Shown here: positions 42,684 through 51,555 of the stretch, in pieces
Layout of the letters: every line of letters begins with the position of its first letter
How positions within the stretch are numbered: position 1 is the first letter of the stretch
NCBI GenBank assembly: GCA_963720755.1
Contig: CAVRGP010000011.1
Span: 96,001 to 160,000, forward strand
Source of the DNA: an uncultured Chloroflexia bacterium
GTDB lineage: Bacteria; Chloroflexota; Limnocylindria; Limnocylindrales; CSP1-4
Reading direction: 5' to 3'
DNA length: 64,000 bases
The notes under the pieces: model-generated
Seen by the model: only the letters and a program-made list of their open reading frames with translations
Told to the model about the DNA's origin: nothing
Database searches by the model: none
Made by a program: the position numbers and the translations under genes

Positions 42684-42917
42684 CTACTCGGACGCCGCGA
42701 GGGAGTGTCGGAGGTCGTCCGCGACCCCGCAGTCAAGTCGGTCGACGGCGGCCGCAGTGCCGCGGGTCATCTTGGCGAGAGCGACGGCAGTCGGCCGGCG
42801 GAAGCGCGATGGCCGGCTCGGCCGGGAGGCGCGCAGGTCGGCGGCCAGGCGGGACCGCTCGGCCTCGCGCTGCCGGTCGCGCGCGACTTCGAATGCGTAG
42901 AACGTCCAGGGATGCAT
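42684..42917 (-). CDS. Small hypothetical protein
   Basis: 77 aa, SD AAAGGA; RQREAERSRLA helix. Confidence 0.65.
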   Translation of the reverse strand: MHPWTFYAFEVARDRQREAERSRLAADLRASRPSRPSRFRRPTAVALAKMTRGTAAAVDRLDCGVADDLRHSLAASE

Positions 42918-42937
42918 GTTGTTTCCGTTCCTTTGGG

Positions 42938-43054
42938 TCAGCGGCGGTGGTCGTCGGGAAGTTGGTCGCGCGAGTCGGCGCCAAAGGCGACCGATGCCGC
43001 ATCGAAGGCAGCCAGCGCGATGATCAGGAGGGCGATGATGACGAGGATTCCCAT
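42938..43054 (-). CDS. 38-aa membrane microprotein (FGADSR motif)
   Basis: SD AAAGGAG; MGILVIIALLIIALAAFDAASVAFGADSRDQLPDDHRR. Absent from the ORF track. Confidence 0.7.
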   Translation of the reverse strand: MGILVIIALLIIALAAFDAASVAFGADSRDQLPDDHRR

Positions 43055-43074
43055 GGCAGTTGCTCCTTTCGAGA

Positions 43075-43157
43075 TAACCTGTTTTTAATGCCTGTTAATG
43101 GTTACTTACGGAATCTACAGGCTTGCCTGTAACCTGTCAAGCGCTCTATAGTGGTTA
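43075..43157. promoter_or_regulatory. Divergent promoter with two TAACC-N18/20-GGTTA boxes and a central palindrome
   Basis: Boxes at 43075-43104 and 43130-43157; TACAGGC-TT-GCCTGTA at 43116-43131; -10-like TATAGT at 43147. Confidence 0.65.
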
Positions 43158-43162
43158 GTGTC

Positions 43163-43813
43163 ATGGAACTCAACGCCACCGCCCTGCCCATCACGGACCA
43201 CGCTCACGACGTCGCCCTCGACGACACCTTCGACTTCCTGAACACGGACGACACGGAGAACGGTTTCCCAGTCGATCGGCTGCCGACCCTGGATGACGCC
43301 CTCGCCTGGTTCGTCGCTCGCGGGGTCATCCATCGCGAAGGTGCCGACCGCGTCAGGGCCCAGGATCTCGGGCACCCGGTCGTCACCTCGCGTGACCTCG
43401 CCCGCATCCACCGGGTCCGGACGGCCCTCCGCGAAGTCGCCGTCGCGATCGTCGACCATCGCGCGCCGGCGCCGAGCGCCCTGGACACCGTGAACCGCGC
43501 TCTGCACGAACGCCAGGTGATCGAGTTGGTCCCGTCGCCCGACGGTGTCCACGTCGACCATCGACATGTCGGCGATCCGATCGACGACGCGCTGGCGCGA
43601 CTGGCGGATCCGCTCGTGGCCGAACTCACCTCCGGCCACCCGGACCGGATCAAGGTGTGCGACAGCGATACCTGTGAGTGGATCTTCTATGACGGATCAC
43701 GGACGAGCCGACGGCGCTGGTGCGACATGTCCACCTGCGGCAATCGAGCCAAGGCGGCCAGGCACCGAGCCCGTGAGCGGGCGGCGAACGCCGACCCCGC
43801 TCGTTCGAACTAG
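43163..43813 (+). CDS. ABATE/CGNR zinc-finger protein
   Basis: DFLNT; C-x4-C..FYD.SR..RRRWCDMSTCGNRAK. Confidence 0.92.
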   Translation: MELNATALPITDHAHDVALDDTFDFLNTDDTENGFPVDRLPTLDDALAWFVARGVIHREGADRVRAQDLGHPVVTSRDLARIHRVRTALREVAVAIVDHRAPAPSALDTVNRALHERQVIELVPSPDGVHVDHRHVGDPIDDALARLADPLVAELTSGHPDRIKVCDSDTCEWIFYDGSRTSRRRWCDMSTCGNRAKAARHRARERAANADPARSN

Positions 43814-44739
43814 GCGCGCTCGAGGATCGGCCGGACCTCGGTCGCGAACCGGGTCATCAATTCCTCGTCATGCGGCGATGGGAACCCGGCGATGAGGTGT
43901 CGGTAGCCGATCTCGAGGAACGGCAGGAGTCGCTCGGCGACGTCCTCCGGTGTCCCCACCGGCTGGTCGGTCCACTCGGCCGCGTGCCCGTTGCGCTCGA
44001 ACATCGCCTTCTTGATCCGCTCCGCCTCACCGCGTGAGTCGCGGATGACCACGGCACCCAGGCCCGTCGTCCGTTCGATCTCGGCAGGGTCGCGACCGAC
44101 CGTCTCGCAGTGCTGGAGCAGGATGGCCTCCTTGCGCCGCACATTCTCGATCCCGCCACCCACGTTGTTGGCGTCGGCATAGCGGGCGACGAGCTTGAGC
44201 GTGACCTTCTCGCCGCCGCCGCCGATGAGCAGGGGCAGGCGTTCCTGGATCGGCAGCGGATCGTTGCGAACGGCGGTGGCGGAGTAGCGTGGGCCCGCTC
44301 GCGGTCGGGGCCTCGCCGTGGAGCATGCCCCGCATCACCGGGAGCGCCTCACCGAGCCAACGCAGGCGTTCGGGAAAGCCGCTCCCGAAGTCGAGTCCAT
44401 AGGCGCGGTGTTCTGTTTCGAACCATGCCCCACCGATGCCGAGGATCGCCCGGCCGTTCGAGATGTGGTCGAGGGTCGTGGCCATCTTGGCGGTGAGGGC
44501 AGGTTCACGGAACGTGTTCGCCCCGACCATCAAGCCGATCCGGATCCGCTCGGTCGCCTGGGCCCACGCCGCCAGCGTCAGCCAGCCCTCGTAGATCGGA
44601 CCCTCGTGGCTCCCGACGATCGGGTAGAGGTGGTCCCAGGTCCAGAGCGTGTCGTACCCGAGCCGATCTGCGCGCTCGCCGGCCTCGAGCAGGGCTGCCA
44701 GTTCGTGTACTGGTTCCAGCACAGGGCCCGACTGACGTC
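43810..44739 (-). pseudogene. LLM-class (F420-dependent-like) oxidoreductase with frameshifts (possibly sequencing error)
   Basis: WTWDH, FREPALTAKMATTLDHIS.GR.ILGIG motifs; GGGGEK..L in another frame; breaks near 44290 and 44697. Confidence 0.8.
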
Positions 44740-45318
44740 ACCAACTGCTGCTCCCGACGGGCGGATGGGGCTGAAACAAGCAGAGCGGTCACTCATCCAC
44801 CGGCCGGTAAGTGGTGACCGTACAGGGACCAGCGGGATAGCTCGCGTGCAACGGTCGCGGTCCGGAAAGCCGAGGCCCAGGACGAGATCGCCGTGTCGCC
44901 CGGGATCGGTCGAGAAGCCACCATCCCGATGTAGCCATCGTCGGTCGGCGTCCAGCCGTCGGATCAGTTCTGCTTGTACCAGCGACACCCCGGCCTCGTC
45001 GCCGTCCGAGACGAGCATTCGGTAGGCGAACGCGTTGGTCGCGCCCTCGATACCCGACCTTGGACGCGCCCGTCGCGACCTCCTGCGCGCCCGGCATCGA
45101 GGTCGCGAAGGCCTCGTCCCCGCGAGGTCGCTCCGAGACGGTCCCGATGGCGCGCAGCCCGCCAGGATAAGCAGCATGATGCCAACCAAGGGCTTCAACG
45201 ACGGTACGTCACCGTTGTGGGGGTCCCAGGTCCAGAGCGTGTCGTACCCGAGCCGATCTGCGCGCTGGCCGGCCTCGAGCAGGTCGGGCCAGGTCGTGTA
45301 CTGGTTCCAGCACAGGGC
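44632..45318. repeat. ~96-bp imperfect direct repeat (44632-44727 and 45222-45318) of the LLM 5' coding end, flanking a ~490-bp insert
   Basis: Both copies encode ALCWNQYT.W..LLEAG.RADRLGYDTLWTWD; the 45339 TTG copy carries SD AGGAG; the insert has a lipobox-like LAGC. Confidence 0.9.
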
Positions 45319-45437
45319 GCCAAGTCGTGTCGCGGGCAAGTGCGTCTCCTCGGTCGTGGATGGACGGTGGTGACCCAAGGGTAGCCGCCGGCCGGAAACC
45401 TGGCCCGTGCGGGCGGCTCTGCGAACCGCGCCTCGGA

Positions 45438-45783
45438 TCACTCCTGGCTGACGATGTCGACCGAGATCTCGACCGCAGGGATCGCGCCCCGGTTCTCGAG
45501 CCAGTGGGACGTGTTCCGATCCTCGGGCCAGCCCACCCCCGGTCCGTAGTCCGTCGCGACGCCGTCTCGATGGTCGGTGATCGTGCCCTGCAGGACGTAC
45601 ACGGTGCCCGGCCTGCCGATGTGGTCGTGGATCGGTCCGAAGACGCCTCCAGGCTCGATGGTCACCATCCGCATTCGAAGTTGGCGCCGTTCCATGCCCT
45701 CGATCTCGAGGCCCGAGATCGACCGCCGCGAGCAACTTCGTGGCAACACCCTTCGTCTCGGGCGCCACCGGTTCGTCACGCAT
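45438..45783 (-). CDS. Cupin-domain protein (frameshift near 45710)
   Basis: HDH..RPG.VYVLQG and HWLENRG motifs; N-terminal MRDEPVAPETKGV is in another frame. Confidence 0.8.
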
Positions 45784-45969
45784 CGAGATCTCCTCTCTGT
45801 ACGTCCAGGGTCACCGGCCGATCGGCCGTGGCATCAAGGGTATCCAGGGATGCCGATCGAGCCTCGTGGATCGCCTCGGCGGCCCTTGCTGCCAACCGAG
45901 GACCGTCCCGCGGCATCTCCCATGCGACGAGGTCCGATCAACCCACGGACCCGTGCCGCGAGGTGGACG

Positions 45970-47196
45970 ATGAGACCCCGAACGATCCTGAGCACGATGC
46001 TGACCGTCCTTCTGGCGGGATGTGCCGCGTCGACCGCGGATCCATCGACCGCGAATCCATCGACAAGCCCGGCCTCGTCGCCCAGCGCCGCAAGCGCGGC
46101 GGCCCCCGGGCCGAGCGACATGCCGGAACCACGAGCGGTGGACGTCGTCGCCTACCGAGGCGACGCGGCCCGTTCGGGGAACATGCCAGGCCCTGGCCCG
46201 GAAGGCACGCCCCGGATCCTCTGGACGTTCAAGGCCGGTGCCCCGATCGGATCCCAGGCCGTGGTCGTCGGGACCACGGTGTACGTCGTCTCGACCGACG
46301 GCACACTCCACGCGGTCGGCCTCGACACCGGGACCGAACGGTGGAGCGTCGATGTCGGGACCGATGCACTCGGCTCGCCGGAGATCGCCGACGGTCTCCT
46401 GATCGTGGGTGCCGACGACGGAGCCCATGCCTTCGCACTCGACGATGGGGCAGAGCGGTGGGCCGCGACGGAGACCGGCACCGTCCGGGGCGCGCCGGCG
46501 ATCGTCGCTCACACGGCCATCTTCGCCTCGAACGATGGACTCGCGACGGCGCTCGACACCAGGACCGGGACCGTTCTGTGGACCCGGACCCTGGACGCGC
46601 CGGACGACACCTCGGTTGCGGCATCGGACGACCTGGCGATCCTCGGACTCCAAGATGGGACGGTCGTGGCGCTTGCCGTCTCGGATGGGAGCGAGCGCTG
46701 GCGGACCGACACCGGCGACGGCGCTCGTATCGGGACACCGACGATCGCGGGCGGCCGCGTGTACATCGCGACGCTCGACGGGGGCGGACCCGGGACGCGT
46801 CACATCGCCGCCCTCGACCTGGCGACCGGGGGCGTCCTATGGCGCTTCGCCAGCCCCGGCGACAAGCCGTCGTACACACCGGCTGTCGCCGACGGACGGG
46901 CGATCACAGAAGGGGAGGACGGCAGCGTCACCGCCCTAGATGAGGCGAGCGGCGCGGTGCTCTGGCAGGTGAAGCGCGCCGGGCCTCGTGGAGGTCGTCC
47001 CTGCGGTCGCGGGCGGCGTGTTGTACGGGGCGAGCAATGGAGGTGTCGCGTTCGCCCTGGACGCTGCGACCGGGGCGGAGCGCTGGCAGGTCCCGATCAA
47101 GGGCACGCCCTACGGCGTCGCCGTGACCTCCGGTCTGGTCATCGTCGGCACGAATGTCGGCAACACTGTACGCGATCGGCATGGGCGACGCCATGA
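45970..47196 (+). CDS. PQQ-like (BamB-type) beta-propeller lipoprotein, frameshifted near the 3' end; end approximate
   Basis: Lipobox LAGC; YRGD.ARSG.MPGPGP; repeated A.D..TG...W blades. Confidence 0.8.
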   Translation: MRPRTILSTMLTVLLAGCAASTADPSTANPSTSPASSPSAASAAAPGPSDMPEPRAVDVVAYRGDAARSGNMPGPGPEGTPRILWTFKAGAPIGSQAVVVGTTVYVVSTDGTLHAVGLDTGTERWSVDVGTDALGSPEIADGLLIVGADDGAHAFALDDGAERWAATETGTVRGAPAIVAHTAIFASNDGLATALDTRTGTVLWTRTLDAPDDTSVAASDDLAILGLQDGTVVALAVSDGSERWRTDTGDGARIGTPTIAGGRVYIATLDGGGPGTRHIAALDLATGGVLWRFASPGDKPSYTPAVADGRAITEGEDGSVTALDEASGAVLWQVKRAGPRGGRPCGRGRRVVRGEQWRCRVRPGRCDRGGALAGPDQGHALRRRRDLRSGHRRHECRQHCTRSAWATP

Positions 47197-47287
47197 CCAG
47201 GACACAGAATTCCGCCAACCTCGGCCGATCCGTGGAGCATCCAACAAGGGAACCGGCCACACTGGCCGACGAACGGAGACCGAACCG

Positions 47288-48360
47288 ATGCGCATCGCGA
47301 CACCGTTGCCCACGACCCATCGACCGGGTCGTGCCTTTGCCGTCGCCGCCGTGCTCACCCTGATCGTCGCGGCGTGCGGAGGCGGAACGGCATCGATCGC
47401 GCCAAGCGGAACCACTACGGCGATCCCGACCTCGACACCGGTGGCCGTGGTCGCCACGGCCACACCGACCCCGGCATCGACGCCGACGGCGACGCCGTCG
47501 CCGACCGAGGCGCCCGCCGCGAGCCTGGTCTGCTCTGAGCAAGCGGGGCCAGCAGAGGGGCAAAGACCGAAAGACCTGACTCGGCCGGCCATCGATCCGA
47601 TCACGGGCAACGTCTGGGTCTCCTCAGCCTTCGAGATCCGTGTTCTGGATCTTCAGTCCTGACGGGAAGTACATCGAGTCGTGGGGCGAGGCCGGAACCG
47701 GACCCGGGCAGTTCGATCTGACCACCCATGACGCCAGCCCGGACGCCGGCGGGGCGATCGCGTTCGCGCCCGACGGAAGTTTCTACGTCACGGATGTGGG
47801 CAACTACCGAGTTGAGAAGTTCGACCAGAAGCGCAACTTCGTTACGGCGTGGGGCAGACTTTGGCACGGACGCCGGCCAGTTCACGGGCCCCAAGGGAAT
47901 CGCGACAGACGGCAAGACGGTCTACGTAGCCGACGATACGGGAGCCATGCAGGCATTCGACACGAGCGGCACGTTCCTGCGCTCCTTCACCTTCCCGTTC
48001 GTCCTGTTCTCGCTCGCGCCATCGGGCCACCTGTTCTCGGCAGCTCCAGTCGGGATCCTGGAAGTCGACGGTAACGGCAACACGATCTCGCACATCGATC
48101 TCGATTGGGCGAGTCTCGGTGCTGGTGCGTCGCGGGTGGTCGTCGACCAGTCGGGCGACCTGTTCCTTGGTTTGCAAGCGGACGCGGGACCGGTGGGCCT
48201 TCTCCAGCTGGCTCCTGATGGGACGATCGTGAACCGCTGGTCGACCGGAGGCGAAACGATGGCTCTGTCGCCCCAGGGCGACGGGATCTATGTCGCCTAC
48301 TCCGGCCCCGGAAACAGCGGCTGGCCGTACCTGCGCAAGTACGCGCTCCCGAAGTCGTGA
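47288..48360 (+). CDS. NHL-repeat lipoprotein, paralog 1 (frameshifts near 47640 and 47860)
   Basis: Lipobox VAAC; WG..GTGPGQF, IAFAPDGSFYV.D.GN.RV and GQF.GP.GIA motifs across three frames. Confidence 0.75.
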
Positions 48361-48371
48361 AGTCGCACGCA

Positions 48372-49474
48372 ATGCGCATCCCGTCGCTTCGTCCAATCAA
48401 CCGTTCGCTTGGCGCCTATCCTGCCGCCGGCCTTGTCCTTGGCCTGGTCGTCGCCGCCTGCGGAGGATCCTCGGGCTCGACACCGGCGGCGGCCACGCAA
48501 CCCGCAGCCAGCCAGCCTGACGTCACGCAACCCACACCGACCCCGGCATCGACGCCGACGGCCACGCCGTCGCCGACCGAGGCGCCCGCCGCGAGCCTGG
48601 TCGCCCTGACCCCGCTGTGGCAGCAGAGCGGGCCGGTGACCGACAAGACATCGACGGTCGGGATCCGCCATCGATCCGGTCACGGGCAACCTCTGGGTCG
48701 CGGTCCCGTTCGAGAACCGCTACTGGATCATCTCGCCCAAGGGGAAGTATCTGGAGTCATGGGGTCAGGCTGGCACCGGGCCGGGGCAGTTCGACTTCAG
48801 CGATCACTTGCCAGAACCCGGATGGCTGGGGCGCGATCGCCTTCGCGCCCGATGGTAGCTTCTACGTCGGCGACACCGGCAACCATCGGGTCCAGGCGTT
48901 CGACGCGAAGCGTCGGTTCCTCCGACAGTGGGGAGCCTTCGGGACCGATGACGGCCAGTTCGTCCAGATCGACAGCCTAGCGACGGATGGCCAGACGGTC
49001 TACGTGGGAGACGGGGATCGCCATGACATCCAGGCGTTCGACGCCTCCGGGGCGTTCGTCCGAGCGTTCGGCAGCGACGACGGGTTCGACTTCCTGGCGC
49101 TCGATTCGACCGGTGCGATCCACGCGACCAACCCGCAGAACCCCGCCGGGGCGGCGTTCGCGATGACCGTATTCGGCCCGGACGGTGCGGTGCGGTCGAC
49201 GACCGATCTCTCGAGCGCTGGTGGCTGGCCCCAGGCCGTCGCTGTCGATAGCGCCGGAAACTCGTACGTCAGCATCGAGGTGGGTCACTATCCGTGGACT
49301 AGCCGTGGGATCGTGGAGATCGACCCGACAGGGCAGGTCGTCCGGACCCTCGGTGGTGGCGGTGACCATGCGACCGTCACGCCTGCTGGGGACAGGATCT
49401 ACGTGACCCGCGGCGTGCAACTCGACAGCACCCAGTGGACCGACGTGCGCGCGTTCGAGATCCCGAAGTCGTGA
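48372..49474 (+). CDS. NHL-repeat lipoprotein, paralog 2 (frameshifts near 48660 and 48810)
   Basis: Lipobox VAAC; same NHL motifs; ends in PKS like paralog 1. Confidence 0.75.
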
Positions 49475-49543
49475 TCGCAAACCGGACGACCGCCCGCCAC
49501 CTGGCGCGCTAGGCTTCGGTCGACTCGATCCACGGTCGCGCAG

Positions 49544-50144
49544 ATGTTGGTTGGAGGGTCGGTGGCAGAACGGACCGATGGGATGGTCCGTCCGCTGGAG
49601 GGCGAGTTGCTGGAACTCGCCGTTTCCGGCGACCGCGACGCCTTCGATCGGCTCCTCGGACCGCGGCTCGACCGCCTCTACCGGATGGCCGTCGCGATCA
49701 CCCGGAGCGAAACGGACGCTCGCGATGCCACCCAGGACGCCTGCGTGCTGGCTTGGCGGGAGTTGCCGCGATTGCGCGACCGCTCGAAGTTCGACGCCTG
49801 GTTGTCCCAGATCGTCGTGAACGCCGCGCGGGGCGTCGTCCGACGGACCGGACGGGCGCGCGTTCGGGAGATGTCGATCGACGCCGAACCCGCTGCGGGT
49901 GGCTCGCACGTGGAGCCGTCCGTCGCCGCCGAAACGGACACGTTCGCCGACGCGGATGCGATCCAGCGGGCCTTCGGCCGCCTCGACGGCGCCACCCGGG
50001 CGCTCGCTCGTCCTCCACTACGTCGAAGGAACGCCGCTGGCGGAGATCGGGCGCATGACCGGGTCCCCGGTCGGAACGGTCAAATGGCGACTGTCGAACG
50101 CCCGACGGGCCCTGGAGCGGGCGCTGGAGGCCGAGCGGCGATGA
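49544..50144 (+). CDS. ECF sigma factor (frameshift near 50010; start uncertain)
   Basis: GDRDAF, ARDATQDA and WLSQI motifs; region 4 LAEIG..TGSPVGTVKWRL is in another frame. Confidence 0.85.
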
Positions 50145-51529
50145 GCGAGATGATGCGACTCACCGACGACGCGATCCGCGCGGCGCTGACCCCGGCGGCC
50201 GAGGTCCGCGCCCCTGCCGGCCTCGCCGCCGGCATCCGGGCGGTCATCGATACCACGCCACAGCGTCGTGCGCGTCGGATCGGTTGGGCGCCGTCGCGCC
50301 GGACGCGCCTCGTGCTCCAGTTCGCGGTCGTCGGCCTCCTCCTGCTCGCGATGCTCGGGGCGATCCTCCTTGTCGGGTCGCACCGGTCCGACCCGACGAG
50401 CCTGCCGACCGTGACGACCTACCGCGGCGGCCCGGCGCGCACCGCGGTCATGCCCGGGCCGGGGCCTATCGTCCCGCTGCGCGTCGAATGGCAGGCCGGG
50501 GTGAAGGGTCCGATCGCCGGCGGATCGCCCGGTCATCGAAGACGGGGTCGTCTATGTCGGGGATGAAAGCGGGTTCGTCTCGGCGATCGATCTGGCAACT
50601 GGTGGCATCCTCTGGCAACACGACGTCGGGGCGCCGATCAACGCCGGCCTGTCGATCGCGGATGGCCTGGTCATCGTCGGCGACGACAACGGCCTGGTCC
50701 ACGCGCTGGACGCCGCCGCCGATGGCACCGAGCGGTGGTCGTACCTCACGGGCGCGCCGGTCCATTCCGCATCGATCGTGTTGGACGGGGTCGCCTATGT
50801 CGGCTCCCTCGACGGCAACCTGTACGCGATCGACATGGCGACCGGGAGACCTTCGCTTGGCCGGCGCCCGTCGTCACCGCCGGGCCGATCAGTCGAGCGA
50901 TCGCGGCCTCGAATGGCGTCATCTACACAGGTTCAGGTGGCGCGGCGGCAACCGATCCGGGGACGATCGCCGCCTACGATGCGACGCTCCGGCGAGCTTC
51001 TCTGGGCCGACCCACTCGAGCCGGGCAACACGGCCACGCCGATGGTCGCGGACGGGAGCGTCTTCGTCGCCGGCGGACTCGACACGGACGGGAGCCCGAC
51101 CCACGAGCTGTCCGCGTTCGATGCCGCCAACGGGGCGACCAGGTGGCCGACCCCGTTCAGCGTCCCGACCGGGGCCATCCTGCTCCCGGGCGCCGTCGCC
51201 GATGGCCAGGTCTTCGCGGAAAGCACCGATGGGTCGCTGCACGTCGTGGACGCCGCGACCGGGGCCTTCATCTGGTCGATCCCGATCGGAGCCACCTTGT
51301 CGCCAAGCGGCGGTCTCGTCGACGGCGTCTTCTACGCGACGAGCGATGACCAGGCGATCCATGTCATCGATATCGCCAGTCGGTCCGAAACTGGGGCCAT
51401 CACGGTCAAGGGCACCCCGACTGCCCGGCCATCCTCGACGGCAGGATCATCGTCGGGACGAGCCTCGGCAAGGTGGTCAGCATCGTGGGCGTGGCGACCG
51501 CCGAATCAAGGCCCGGCGCGACGCCCTGA
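50141..51529 (+). CDS. Putative anti-sigma factor with extracellular PQQ-like propeller (several frameshifts)
   Basis: ATGA overlap with the ECF gene; TM helix; YRGG.ART..MPGPGP and propeller blades. Confidence 0.7.
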
Positions 51530-51555
51530 GCTCGCGGCGCGGAACGCGCTAAGCC

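Noticed and set aside
47288-49474. Programmed frameshifting in the NHL paralogs
   Set aside because: Breaks fall at non-equivalent positions in the two genes and lack slippery motifs.
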